From an uncultured Ruficoccus sp. (GTDB taxonomy: Bacteria > Verrucomicrobiota > Verrucomicrobiia > Opitutales > Cerasicoccaceae), in the NCBI GenBank assembly GCA_965140785.1, contig OZ223484.1:95847-159846 (forward strand): DNA of 64,000 bases, in the 5' to 3' direction. The notes beneath the pieces were generated by a model. That model had not been told where the DNA came from. It saw nothing but the letters and a program-made list of their open reading frames with translations, and ran no database searches. The position numbers were made by a program, and so were the translations under genes. Numbering within the stretch: position 1 is the first letter of the stretch; each line of letters begins with the position of its first letter. Positions 10,401 through 22,325 of this stretch are shown one piece after another.

Positions 10401-11390
10401 CTAAAAGGTCGGCTCGGGCGCGGGTTTGGTCCCGGCGAGGGTGTCGATCCGCTCCATGACGTCGTCCGTGAGCAACGCCACGTCGTCCATCGCCTTGAGG
10501 TTTTCCTCCAGTTGAGGAACCTTGGACGCACCCATGATGGCCGTGCTTACGTGGGGGTTCTTCAAGCACCAGGCCAGAGCCATACGCGGCAGGGTGATGC
10601 CCAGCTCCCCGGCCAGATTCGCCAGGTCGGCCACCACCTTCGACTTTTCTTCAAAGCCTTCGTTCATGAGGCGCTCCTTGAGCCACTCCATCCCCTCCAG
10701 TGAAATCCGGGTGTCGCCGGGATCGCCTTCGAGGTACTTGCCCGAGAGCAGGCCCGAGGCCAGGGGCGACCAAATCGTGGTGCCCAGGCCGGGGCCCTCG
10801 TAAAGCGGCCCGTAATCGACCTCGACCCGTTCGCGGTGAAAAATATTGTACTGCGGCTGCTCCATCACCGGGGCATAGAGGCCGTGTTCGCGGGCGGCGG
10901 TATGGGCCAGCGCGATATCGCGGGCGCTCCACTCGGACGTGCCCCAGTAGAGCACCTTGCCCTGGCGGATGAGGTCCGTCATCGCCGCCACCGTCTCGGC
11001 AATCGGCGTTTCGGCGTCCGGGCGGTGGCAGAAATACAGGTCCAGATAGTCCACCCGCAGCCGCTTGAGGGCGGCGTGGCAGGCCTCGGTCACGTGCTTG
11101 CGGGAGAGACCGCGCAGGGTGGGTTTTTCGCCACCCCAGAAAACCTTGCTGGAGACGCAGAAGCTTTCCCGCGCGAAGCCCAACTCGGCCAGCACCTTGC
11201 CCATGACCAGTTCGGCCTTGCCTCCGGCGTAGGCCTCGGCGTTGTCGAAGAAATTCACGCCGCCGTCGTAGGCGGTCTTGAGCAGCGCCTTGGCTGTCCC
11301 ATCGTCGATCTGCTGCCCAAAGGTCACCCAGGCCCCATAGGACAGCGCGCTCACTTTCAACCCCGTTTTTCCCAGTCGGCGATATTCCAT
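10401..11390 (-). CDS. Aldo/keto reductase (Kv-beta-like)
   Basis: MEYRRLGKTGLKVS, FFDNAEAY, YFCHRPD, YWGTSEW, WSPLASG. Confidence 0.93.
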   Translation of the reverse strand: MEYRRLGKTGLKVSALSYGAWVTFGQQIDDGTAKALLKTAYDGGVNFFDNAEAYAGGKAELVMGKVLAELGFARESFCVSSKVFWGGEKPTLRGLSRKHVTEACHAALKRLRVDYLDLYFCHRPDAETPIAETVAAMTDLIRQGKVLYWGTSEWSARDIALAHTAAREHGLYAPVMEQPQYNIFHRERVEVDYGPLYEGPGLGTTIWSPLASGLLSGKYLEGDPGDTRISLEGMEWLKERLMNEGFEEKSKVVADLANLAGELGITLPRMALAWCLKNPHVSTAIMGASKVPQLEENLKAMDDVALLTDDVMERIDTLAGTKPAPEPTF

Positions 11391-11491
11391 GCCTTTACCT
11401 TAGTAAAGGCGTGTCACGCAGGCCAGAAATAAAAGATGGCCTTACGATACTAAATGGTTTACCTGAATAGATCACTAAAGGGGAAAACCCT

Positions 11492-11938
11492 ATGGAAGAT
11501 ATCCGCCTGCAACTGGCCTGCTGGGAGCGTGACCGCCTACACATCGAGGCGATTCGGTTCGCCGTTTACATGGCGGAAAAAGGGGACCCCGCCAGCCTGG
11601 CCGCAGACTACGAGGATACCCACTGCCGCCACGCCCTCGCCAGTGACCCCGAGGGGCGCCATGTCGCCACCGGTCGGCTGGAGCGCAACGGCAAGCTGAG
11701 CCGCGTCGTCGTCCTGCCCGAGTACCGCCAGCAACGCCTCGGGGACGCCGTCATCCAGTTCCTCATCGCCCAGGCCCGCGAGATCGGGCTGGGTTCCGTT
11801 TACCTCCACAGCGAGGAGAGACATGTCCCCTTCCTCCACCGCCTGGGCTTTATGAAGACGGGTTCGCTCACCCCCACCGGCGACAAGCGCTGGCACAAGC
11901 TACAACTCGACCTCGCCCCTCAGCCGCCGAAGTCGTAA
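11492..11938 (+). CDS. GNAT family N-acetyltransferase
   Basis: ATGRL..GKLSRVVVLPEYRQQRLG acetyl-CoA-binding motif. Confidence 0.85.
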   Translation: MEDIRLQLACWERDRLHIEAIRFAVYMAEKGDPASLAADYEDTHCRHALASDPEGRHVATGRLERNGKLSRVVVLPEYRQQRLGDAVIQFLIAQAREIGLGSVYLHSEERHVPFLHRLGFMKTGSLTPTGDKRWHKLQLDLAPQPPKS

Positions 11939-12219
11939 ACGACGAAGCGCTTGGCCACGCTGCCGATACAGGATTTGAGAAAGTCCACGTGCAGGGGATG
12001 GGTCTGGTAAGCCTCGGCGTCGGCCTCTGACTCGAAATCCATCGAAATCGCCACGGTAAAGCTGTCGTCAGCCGCGCCGCGGGGATTCTCGACCGCCGGG
12101 CCGCAGCGGAAATTCTTCACACCGGGGATACCCGCCAGCGGTTCGAGCTTCTCCAGCAGCTTCTGGCGGTTCTCCTCCGCCGGCTGATCCGTCCAGAAAA
12201 TAACAACGTGCGTAATCAT
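11920..12219 (-). CDS. Dabb family (stress-responsive alpha/beta barrel) protein
   Basis: MITHVVIFW, IPGV, F.S.....AYQTHPLH pattern. Confidence 0.85.
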   Translation of the reverse strand: MITHVVIFWTDQPAEENRQKLLEKLEPLAGIPGVKNFRCGPAVENPRGAADDSFTVAISMDFESEADAEAYQTHPLHVDFLKSCIGSVAKRFVVYDFGG

Positions 12220-12257
12220 GCCCGCAGCAAAACCCGCTCCCCCTCCCCTGGCAAGCC

Positions 12258-12300
12258 CCGGCTGGAGCAGGTCCGCCTGGACTAGGTCCGGCTGGACCAG
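12258..12300. repeat. Imperfect 15-bp tandem repeat, about 3 units
   Basis: ccggctggagcaggt / ccgcctggactaggt / ccggctggaccag. Confidence 0.55.
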
Positions 12301-12303
12301 CAA

Positions 12304-12346
12304 TCAGGGGCTGCGCCCCCTGCGCCGCCAGAAAGGCGGCTACCCC
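12304..12346 (+). repeat. REP-like two-hairpin dispersed repeat, copy 2
   Basis: AGGGGCTGCGCCCCCT-GC-GCCGCC-agaaa-GGCGGC-TACCCC. Confidence 0.75.
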
Positions 12347-12562
12347 GAGAGGAGTTAGCAGTTTGAGGTTTAATTAAGAGTCCCCAGATAGCGAATCCGT
12401 GAGCGATGAGGCATTGCCCAATAAAAATCGCCCGGAGACTCCCGCTCTGATAGGTGCGCACCCACCTATCACCCAAACTCATAACGCCCATCAGATTATT
12501 TCATAAATCCTTGACCCGTGGCCGGGCTTGCGGCATGCACTGATCCAGCCGCTTTGCGATGA

Positions 12563-12882
12563 TTGATACCCCCCGATCCCCACTCGCCGCGCGCGCGCCA
12601 ACAGGCGCTGCTGCGGACCTACTGGCATAAAAACCTGCTGCTGATGGGCGGCTGTCTGACCGTCTGGGCTCTGGCCGGACTGGGCTGCGGCGTACTCTGG
12701 GCCGACTGGCTCAATCGCTGGAACCTCCCCGGCACCGGTTACCCGCTGGGCTTCTGGTTCGCCCACCAGGGGGCGATCATCATCTTTGTCCTGACGATCC
12801 TGGTCTATGCGCTGACCATGAACCGCCTCGACCGCCGCCACCACGAGGAGCTGGCCCGGCTCGCCACGGAAGGAGGCCCGCA

Positions 12883-12886
<4 letters not shown>
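12563..12886 (+). CDS. DUF4212-like small membrane partner of sodium:solute symporter
   Basis: YW..N, GYPLGFWFAHQGA, M.RLD motifs; ATGA overlap with the symporter; start uncertain. Confidence 0.85.
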
Positions 12887-14772
<1,886 letters not shown>

Positions 14773-14786
14773 GCGGAGAGGAATAC

Positions 14787-14982
14787 GGCCACGAAGAGCA
14801 CGAAGAAGACACAAAGTGCACAAAGCGAAAAAGCTTGAGTGATGGGCACAGATGGACCTGAAATAGTCTGCATCTATCTGTGGATTTGTGGATAAAAACA
14901 AATTCACATAAGGCTACGGTCCATAAGAACCGGTCGAAAAAAACTTCGTGCCCTTCGTGTCTTCTTGGTGTCCTTCGTGACC
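14787..14982. repeat. Inverted pair of 39-bp CACGAAG-rich intergenic repeats
   Basis: 14787-14825 resembles the reverse complement of 14944-14982; third copy at 26721-26759. Confidence 0.7.
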
Positions 14983-14990
14983 TCTCCTCC

Positions 14991-17900
14991 TCAGGCCAAC
15001 AGCCAGTGCCAGACTTTCACCGACAGGTCCTTGATGTCCTCAAGAATCAGGTAGAGCGCCGGCACCAGCAACAGCGTGATGAAGGTGGCGAAGATGATCC
15101 CGAAGCTCAGCGAAACCGCCATCGGAATCAGGAACTGCGCCTGCAGGCTCTTTTCCAAAAGGATCGGCGTCAGGCCGACGAAGGTCGTCAGAGAAGTCAA
15201 CAGGATGGGCCGGAAACGCGCCGCGCCCGCTTCGCGGACGGCATCCCGCAGGGGCACGCCACGGCGGCGCTGTTGATTGATGTAGTCCACGAGCACGAGC
15301 GAGTCGTTCACCACCACGCCGGCCAGCGCCAGCATGCCGAAGAGCGACAGGCGGCTGATCGGCATCCCGCCGTCCCGGAACAATCCCATAAAGACGTGGC
15401 CGCCGACCGCCCCACACAGACCGAAGGGAATCACGCTCATCACGATCAAAGGCTGGAGGTAGCTTTTAAAGGGGATGGCCAACAGCGCGTAGATGGCGAA
15501 GAGCACGAGCACGGCGTTGCTCAGCAACACGGCGTTGGACTCGCGCACCTCGCGCGCCTCGCCCTCGAAGCTCGCCCGCAGCGTCGGGTACTTTTTTAAA
15601 AGCTCGGGCACGATCTCCTCCTGCAGTTCGCGGTTAACCGCCTCCAGGTCGATGCGCTCCTTGTCGGCGTCCGCATAGATGTTGACCACCCGCTCACGGT
15701 CCACCCGGGTGATGGCCGCATAGCCGCGCCCGAGTTCGGCCTCGGCCACCTCGGAGAAGGGCACCTCGCGCCCGTCAGGCGTGCGGATGCGCATGTCCTC
15801 CAGGTCGCCCAGCGAACGCCGCTCCTGCTCCGGGTAGCGCACCATCACGCGCACATCGTCGCGCCCGCGCTGGATGCGCTGCGCCTCCGCCCCGAAGAAA
15901 GCCTGCCGCACCTGGTTGCCCAGCTCGCCGCGCGAAAGACCGATCATCTCCGCGCTGGGTTTGATGTCCAACTTGATCTCCTTTTGCGAGTCGGCCAGGT
16001 TGTCGCGGATATCGTAAATCCCGTCGTAACGCGCCAGGATGTCCTTAAGGTCATTGGCGAAAGCCCGCAGGTCGGCCAGCGAACCGCCCGAGACCTGCAC
16101 GTCGATGGGCATGCCCTGCCCGCCCGCGGCCACGGCGTTGAAGGTCAGCTCCCGCACGCCAGGAATCACACCGACGGCTTCGCGCCAGCGGTTGGCCAGC
16201 TCCAGCGCCGAGTCATCCGGCGGGCGGTCTTCGGACTTGCGCAGCTCGATAATAACCTCGCCGATGTTGCTGGAGACCGCGCTGCTCATGCCCCCGGCCG
16301 GTCCACCTGAAAAACTCGTCTGCCCGAGCGTGACCTTGATGTTCTCGACGGGATTCTCGCGGCCCGCCTGCTCACTCTGAGCCATCGTCTGGCGTAGTGC
16401 TTCGCGGATACGGTCCAGTGCCGCCTCCGTACTTTTGGCCGCCGCGCCGTCCGGCAGCACGACCTTGACGGCGATATAGTCCGAGGGCACCGCCGGGAAC
16501 TCCACCCGTTTGACCCAGCCCGCGATCATCAGCGCGATGGTCAGGATGAACAGCGCCAGAAAGGAGGACAGCGTCAGGTAGCGGTTCTTCAGGCACCAGC
16601 GAAGCACGGGGCGGTAATGAATGTCGATGTGCCGTTCCAGCCCGTCCGAGACTGTCCGCTGCATCCGCTGGAACCAGTTAATATTCTCGCGGTGGCGGTC
16701 GCCCACCTTACACAGCGACAAGTGGTAGGGCAGGATGAGTTTCGACTCCACCAGCGAAAACAGCAGCGTTGGAATGATGACCATGGGGATCGCGTACACG
16801 AACTTCCCCAGAAACCCCGGCAGGTCCAGCAGCGGCGTAAAAGCCACCGCCGTAGTCAGCACGGCGAAGGTCACCGGCACGCTCACCGCCTGGGTGCCGC
16901 GCACGGCGGACTCCACCCCCGGCCCCTCCCGCTGAAAGGTCGTAAACACGCTCTCGCCCACCACGATGGCATCATCCACCACGATCCCCAGCACGAGGAT
17001 GAACCCGAAGAGCGAGATCAGGTTGAGCGAAACATCCAGCCACGGCATGACCAGAAACGTCCCCAAAAACGAAATCGGAATCCCCAGCGTGACCCATACC
17101 GCCAGCGACGGGCGCAAAAACAACGTCAGTACCACCAGCACCAGCACGAGCCCGATGATGCCGTTCTCGATCAGCATGTTCAGCCGCCCCCACAGGTAGA
17201 ACGAGCTGTCGCGCCAGTAGTCGATGTGCATGCCCGCCGGCAGCCGCTCCTGCTTGTCCTTCACGTAGCGCTGGACCTGGTCGGAAATCTCCAGCGGGCT
17301 CTGCGCGCCGACCTCGTACACCATCAGCATGACCGCGGGCTGGTCGTTAAAAACCGTGAACAGGTCGGTATCCTCAAAACCGTCCACCACCGTGGCCACA
17401 TCGCCGAGGCGGATGTGCGTGCCGTCGGGCGCGGTCAACAGGACAAGGTTCTCGAACTCCTCGCCCACATAGGCCTGGCCCATCGTGCGCAGGAGGATCT
17501 CGCCCCCGCCGGTTTTGATGCTGCCGCCGGGCAGGTCGAGCGAGGAGCGCCGCACCGCCTGCACCACGTCCTCGAAGGTCAGCCCGTAGCGGCGTAGCGC
17601 ATCCTCGGACACCTCGATCGCGATCTCGTAATCGCGGATACCGGAAATCTCCACCTGCGTGATACCGGGCAGCATGAGCAGTTCGTCGCGCACCTCCTCG
17701 CCCAGGCGCTTGAGGTCCGCCTCGCCCGCCTGGCCATAAACCGCCACCGCAACCACTTCGCGCTTGATCAGCATCTCCTCGACCACGGGCTTCTCTGTCT
17801 CCTCCGGGAAGGTGTCGATGGCATCGACGCGGACCTTGATGTCGTCGAGCAGCTTGCGGGCGTCGTAGTCGGTATCGACCTCCACATAAACCAAGCCCTG

Positions 17901-18158
17901 TCCCTCGATGGCGGACGAAGTGATCTTCTTGATCCCTTCCAGGTCCTGTATCCGTTCTTCGATACGTTTGACCACATTGGTCTCCACCTCCTCCGGCGCG
18001 GCTCCGCGGAAGGGCACCCGGATTGTAATCGTATCCAGCGAGAACTGCGGAAAGAGCTCGACCTTGGTCGAGAAAAACATCGAGGCCAGCCCGCCCACGC
18101 AGATGATGAGCATCAGCAGGTTGGCAGCAACACCGTTTCTGGCAAACCAGTTGATCAT
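14991..18158 (-). CDS. RND efflux transporter permease subunit
   Basis: 1055 aa; MINWFARN.VAANLLM, GIVVDDAIVVGE, GVVVNDSLVLVD, RFRPILLTS. Confidence 0.95.
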   Translation of the reverse strand: MINWFARNGVAANLLMLIICVGGLASMFFSTKVELFPQFSLDTITIRVPFRGAAPEEVETNVVKRIEERIQDLEGIKKITSSAIEGQGLVYVEVDTDYDARKLLDDIKVRVDAIDTFPEETEKPVVEEMLIKREVVAVAVYGQAGEADLKRLGEEVRDELLMLPGITQVEISGIRDYEIAIEVSEDALRRYGLTFEDVVQAVRRSSLDLPGGSIKTGGGEILLRTMGQAYVGEEFENLVLLTAPDGTHIRLGDVATVVDGFEDTDLFTVFNDQPAVMLMVYEVGAQSPLEISDQVQRYVKDKQERLPAGMHIDYWRDSSFYLWGRLNMLIENGIIGLVLVLVVLTLFLRPSLAVWVTLGIPISFLGTFLVMPWLDVSLNLISLFGFILVLGIVVDDAIVVGESVFTTFQREGPGVESAVRGTQAVSVPVTFAVLTTAVAFTPLLDLPGFLGKFVYAIPMVIIPTLLFSLVESKLILPYHLSLCKVGDRHRENINWFQRMQRTVSDGLERHIDIHYRPVLRWCLKNRYLTLSSFLALFILTIALMIAGWVKRVEFPAVPSDYIAVKVVLPDGAAAKSTEAALDRIREALRQTMAQSEQAGRENPVENIKVTLGQTSFSGGPAGGMSSAVSSNIGEVIIELRKSEDRPPDDSALELANRWREAVGVIPGVRELTFNAVAAGGQGMPIDVQVSGGSLADLRAFANDLKDILARYDGIYDIRDNLADSQKEIKLDIKPSAEMIGLSRGELGNQVRQAFFGAEAQRIQRGRDDVRVMVRYPEQERRSLGDLEDMRIRTPDGREVPFSEVAEAELGRGYAAITRVDRERVVNIYADADKERIDLEAVNRELQEEIVPELLKKYPTLRASFEGEAREVRESNAVLLSNAVLVLFAIYALLAIPFKSYLQPLIVMSVIPFGLCGAVGGHVFMGLFRDGGMPISRLSLFGMLALAGVVVNDSLVLVDYINQQRRRGVPLRDAVREAGAARFRPILLTSLTTFVGLTPILLEKSLQAQFLIPMAVSLSFGIIFATFITLLLVPALYLILEDIKDLSVKVWHWLLA

Positions 18159-18165
18159 GGGTTTG

Positions 18166-19392
18166 TCATTGGTTATTGGTCATTGGCTTCCCACTTGCCA
18201 CGGGAACCTCGTTCTTTTCCCCGGCTATATTCAGCGGCATCTTTTCAACGACATATTGTAGTGGTGTAATCACTACGCGCTCGCCCGGCTCCAGACCGCC
18301 GGTAATTATCGCGTGCGTACGGTCGCGCCAGGCGACTTGGACCGGGCGGCGTTCGAGTCGGTTGTCGGGGTTGGCGAGGAGGACGGTTTCGTTATCGACC
18401 AGAGCCGTGCGGGGGAGGCGGTAAACATTTTCCAGCGTGCGCCCCGCGATCTCGGCCTCGGTGAACATGCCCACCTTGAGCGGCGGGCGGTCCGGATGGG
18501 CGGGGTCGCGGCGGTAGGGCTCGTCCACCTGCGCGACCACATAGAGCAGGCGGCTGCGTGTATCCGCCGTCCCCTCGGAGCGGACAATGCGGCCCTTCCA
18601 GGCGTAATCCTGCCCGCCGAACTCCGCCGTCAGCACCACAGGCGGCCCCTCGGCCCCGGCCCCGTCGCGGAAAGCGAAGGGCAGGTCGAGGAACACCATC
18701 TCGTCGTCGCTGACGGGCAGGCGCACCTCGGCGGTATCGGTGCCGTAAACGCTGCCCACGACCGTGCCGGGGTTGCCGGTGACATGGCCACCCACGTCCA
18801 CTCGCTGCTCGAGCACGCGCCCGTCGTAGGGAGCGCGGATCTGCGTGCGATCGAGGTCGCGCTGAGCGCGTTCGAGCGCCGCCTGCGCACTGAGGATGGC
18901 GGCCTTGGCCCGCTCGACCTGCGGCAGGTTCAGCGCCAGGTCGGTCGGCTCGCCGCGCCCGAGTTCCTCCCAGTCGAGCTTGGCCTGCTCGGCCAGCGCC
19001 TCTTCCTGAGCAAGGTTGACTTTGGCCTGGGCGAGATTGGCCGTGGCCTGGGCGAGGTTGGCCTCGTAGTCGGAGGGATCGATGGTGACGAGCACCTCGT
19101 CTTTTTCGACAAATCCGCCGGGACGGAAGTTGGGCGAAATCTCCAGAATGCGCCCCGAGACCTCGGCGGTGAGCGCCGTTTGGGTGGTCGCCTGCACCGT
19201 TCCCTGGGTGCGAATGGTCAGCGGAACCTCGCCCGGCTGCACCTCGATTACCTCGACCGTGGGCACGACCGGATCGGGCTTGCTGGTAACCGGCTCGGGC
19301 TTAAAATAGATCAGCAACTCCGCCACCACGAGGCTGATGACCAGCACGGCGATGGGCAGGATGACGGCGAAAAAAAGGCGGCGGGCTTTCAT
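18166..19392 (-). CDS. RND efflux periplasmic adaptor (MFP)
   Basis: N-terminal TM, AEVSGRI, IRAPYDGRV lipoyl halves, coiled coil. Confidence 0.93.
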   Translation of the reverse strand: MKARRLFFAVILPIAVLVISLVVAELLIYFKPEPVTSKPDPVVPTVEVIEVQPGEVPLTIRTQGTVQATTQTALTAEVSGRILEISPNFRPGGFVEKDEVLVTIDPSDYEANLAQATANLAQAKVNLAQEEALAEQAKLDWEELGRGEPTDLALNLPQVERAKAAILSAQAALERAQRDLDRTQIRAPYDGRVLEQRVDVGGHVTGNPGTVVGSVYGTDTAEVRLPVSDDEMVFLDLPFAFRDGAGAEGPPVVLTAEFGGQDYAWKGRIVRSEGTADTRSRLLYVVAQVDEPYRRDPAHPDRPPLKVGMFTEAEIAGRTLENVYRLPRTALVDNETVLLANPDNRLERRPVQVAWRDRTHAIITGGLEPGERVVITPLQYVVEKMPLNIAGEKNEVPVASGKPMTNNQ

Positions 19393-20921
19393 GGTGTCTG
19401 CGAAAGGTAGGGCTCCTCGGCAAGCGGGAGCGGCTGCGGCCCCATGGGCGTGATGACTTCGGCCTCGGGCGCGGGCGCCGTGTCGAAGTCGCCCCCGAGG
19501 GCGAGGTAGAGATTGATGCGGTTTTGTAGGCGTTGGTTGCGGGTGCTCAGCAAGTCGCTCTTGGAGGTGAAGGCACGCCGCTGCGACTCAAGCACGGTGA
19601 TGATGTCGGTCAATCCACGCTGGTAGCTGGACCAAGCGGAGTTCTCCGCGCCGGTGTTTTCCTTCGAGGCCACTTCCAGGGCCTCGACCTGGCGCACGAG
19701 ATAGGCTTCGGACTGGAGAGCGTTCTCGACCTCGGCGAAGGCCTCCAACGCCGTCTGTCCGTACTCGGCCAGGCGCTGCACTGCGATGGCCTTAGTCCGC
19801 TCGATGTTGGCGGAAATCTTGCGCCCCTGAAAAATCGGCTGCACGGCGTTACCCGCCAGCGACCAGACCGAGAAGCTGCCCGAGAGCAGTTCGCCCAGTT
19901 GGGCCGAGGAGTAGCCGTAGCTGCCGGTCAGGCTGATCGAGGGGAGCATCGCCTTGCGGGCCTCGCTGATGCGCTTGCCGGAGGCGGCGAGCTGCCGTTC
20001 GGCCACGATCAGGTCCGGGCGGCGCTCCAGCAGCTCGGAGGGCAGTCCGGCGGGGACCGACGCATAAACGACCGGCAGGCTCTCGGCCAGTTTAAGCTCA
20101 TTGGAGGGATAGCGGCCCAAAAGGACTTCGAGATTGCGCACGGCGATGTCGCGGGCCTGGAGGCGGAACTCCAGGTTGGCCCCGGCGGAGGCGGCCTGGG
20201 CGCGGGCCAGGCGCAGGTCCAGTGCCGGGCTGACGCCGCGCTCGAAGCGCCGCTGGATCACCTCGGCGGTGTCGGAAAAGCTGTCGTAGGTCTCCTGCGC
20301 GAGGTTGACCTGGAGCTGCGCCTCCACGGCGTTAAACCACGCCTTGGCCGTCTGCCCGGCCAGCGACAGACGCGCCCCCTGGTAGGTGGCGGCAGCCGCC
20401 TGGGCATCGGCCAGGGCGGCGGAGGCCCCGTCGCGGACCTTGCCCCAGATGTCCAGCTCCCAGGAGAGATCGAATCCGAGGTTGTAGTTGTTGCTGTGAT
20501 AGGACTGGGTGCCCAGCCCTCCCACGCCGCTCGACCCAATGCCCGAGCCGCTGAAATTATTCTTCTGACGGCTGCCGCCGAAGCCGGCGTTGATCTGAGG
20601 CCAGGCGTTGGCTCCGGCCATGGCGGCGTCGGCCTCGGCCAACTGGAGCCGGGCGGCGGTGGCCTGAAGGTCGAAGTTGCTCGTGACCGCCTCCTCCACG
20701 AGCGCGGTCAGCACCGGATCGTCGAGATCGGCCAGCCACCCGTCCGCGAACAGCCGACGACCCGCCGGACCCGGTTCGGCCTCGGGCGTGCCCAATCCCT
20801 CGTACTCGGCGGTCCAGGTCGCCGCCACCGGGGCGGGCATTTGGTCCACCTCGCTCTCGGGCGGAGTCGCGCAACCGCCCAGGACGAGCGCGCACACGGT
20901 AAAGGCGGGCCAGCGTTTCAC
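19389..20921 (-). CDS. Efflux outer membrane factor lipoprotein
   Basis: Lipobox LVLGGC, SWELDIWG, PSELLERRPD, LYLALGG; GTG start overlapping the TetR stop (GTGA). Confidence 0.92.
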   Translation of the reverse strand: MKRWPAFTVCALVLGGCATPPESEVDQMPAPVAATWTAEYEGLGTPEAEPGPAGRRLFADGWLADLDDPVLTALVEEAVTSNFDLQATAARLQLAEADAAMAGANAWPQINAGFGGSRQKNNFSGSGIGSSGVGGLGTQSYHSNNYNLGFDLSWELDIWGKVRDGASAALADAQAAAATYQGARLSLAGQTAKAWFNAVEAQLQVNLAQETYDSFSDTAEVIQRRFERGVSPALDLRLARAQAASAGANLEFRLQARDIAVRNLEVLLGRYPSNELKLAESLPVVYASVPAGLPSELLERRPDLIVAERQLAASGKRISEARKAMLPSISLTGSYGYSSAQLGELLSGSFSVWSLAGNAVQPIFQGRKISANIERTKAIAVQRLAEYGQTALEAFAEVENALQSEAYLVRQVEALEVASKENTGAENSAWSSYQRGLTDIITVLESQRRAFTSKSDLLSTRNQRLQNRINLYLALGGDFDTAPAPEAEVITPMGPQPLPLAEEPYLSQTP

Positions 20922-21574
20922 GCGCCACCCTCCTCTGGCTGGGACAGATTTCCCCGGCATCCCGCACAGATAAAATCACGCAGCCGCTCGATCAGACCGC
21001 CCATGTCGCGGATATCGAACCCCGCGCATAAGCCCCGGTCAAGCCGGTGGTACTGCGCGAGCGAACCCAGGGTGGTGGAAATGGCGAAGTGGAAGCGCAG
21101 CCGAAGCTCCGCCGGGGGCAGCTCCGGCAACGCCCGGGCCAGCTCCGCCTGAAAGGCTTCCGCCACGTCCTTGAAAAACGTGTCCATGATCGCGTGGTAA
21201 AACTCGTCCGACTCGCCCATGAAGCGCCCGATCATCCGCAGAAAAACCGGGTTGGGCTGGCCGTTGAGGGAGGCGAGCCGCCCCACTGGGAGCAGGAAGG
21301 CATCGAAAATGGCTTCCAGGGTCAAGACGCCCCCGCCCGCCGCCTGCCGGGCACGCTCCAGCCGCTCCATCCGCTCGCGGTTAAGCGGCTCGATGATGCT
21401 CCGGCTCATTTCCATCAGCAGCTCACGCTTGGAGCCGAAGTGATAGTTGACCGCCGCCAGGTTCACACCCGCGGCCGCCGTCAGCGCCCGCAGAGACGTG
21501 CCGTCGAACCCGCTCTGCGCATAGCACTGCTGAGCGGCTTCGAGGAGGCGGTCTTTGGTCGAAGCGGGAAGCAT
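20918..21574 (-). CDS. TetR family regulator (PsrA-like)
   Basis: TKDRLLEAA..GFDGTSLR..AGVNLAAVNYHFGSK. Confidence 0.92.
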   Translation of the reverse strand: MLPASTKDRLLEAAQQCYAQSGFDGTSLRALTAAAGVNLAAVNYHFGSKRELLMEMSRSIIEPLNRERMERLERARQAAGGGVLTLEAIFDAFLLPVGRLASLNGQPNPVFLRMIGRFMGESDEFYHAIMDTFFKDVAEAFQAELARALPELPPAELRLRFHFAISTTLGSLAQYHRLDRGLCAGFDIRDMGGLIERLRDFICAGCRGNLSQPEEGGA

Positions 21575-21619
21575 AAACAATCGTATGAAACATACGTTTG
21601 AATTAGGGCCGTCTGTCAA
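21574..21619 (-). promoter_or_regulatory. Putative TetR operator(s) and -35 box of the efflux operon
   Basis: GAAAC-ATAC-GTTTG (21587-21600) next to a degenerate copy (21574-21587); CGTATG-aaa-CATACG palindrome; TTGACA on the minus strand at 21614-21619. Confidence 0.6.
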
Positions 21620-21766
21620 GCCCCTTTCGGGCACTCACAGAAAACAAAGATATCTCGGCGCCGGCTCATATCTCACGTCCGCGATTAAGAAAGAAAGGCG
21701 TTCTGCCGATAGGGGCGCGACGACATTTGATTTGAAGATTTTGATTCTTAACCTATGTATAAAGCT

Positions 21767-22249
21767 ATGAATACGTTCCGGAACCGTCTCCTCACTCTCT
21801 GTTTTCTCGCCGGCGGTCTTTTTCTGACTGCCTGTCAGCCTCCCCAGGTCCAGTATTACCCGCTGAACAACCCGACCGGCTCCGGCTCGTCTTCTGCTCC
21901 GGCCACCGCCGCAGCCCCCGTTGATCCAGCCGACGTGGTCATCTACGTGGCCAAGCAGCCCTCCCAGCCTTACCACGAAATGGGCATCCTGGCCTTCACC
22001 AGCGCCTCCAACCAGCCCAACGAGGCCGCCATCTATCAGAAGTTCCGCGAAAAGGCCGCCGAGATCGGTGCCGACGCCGTCATCATCCTGCCTTCGCGCG
22101 AGCAGAACGAAAGCTTCTGGCAGACGACTGGCTACCCGTATGACTGGTACTACGGCTACGGTTACGGCGGTGTGGGCTACAGCTCCGGCTACTCCACGGA
22201 CTACACGACCTTCCGTGGGCTCGCCGTCCAGTTCACTCACAACAAGTAG
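21767..22249 (+). CDS. Hypothetical lipoprotein
   Basis: Lipobox LFLTAC; KAAEIGADAVII (YbjQ-like) segment; Tyr/Gly-rich C-terminus. Confidence 0.75.
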   Translation: MNTFRNRLLTLCFLAGGLFLTACQPPQVQYYPLNNPTGSGSSSAPATAAAPVDPADVVIYVAKQPSQPYHEMGILAFTSASNQPNEAAIYQKFREKAAEIGADAVIILPSREQNESFWQTTGYPYDWYYGYGYGGVGYSSGYSTDYTTFRGLAVQFTHNK

Positions 22250-22325
22250 GCCCCCTTCAGGCGGCCCGCCCCTCCGGCGGAGGGAACTTTTGAAAGGCGT
22301 GGGCGTCTGAGCCGACAGACCTGAT

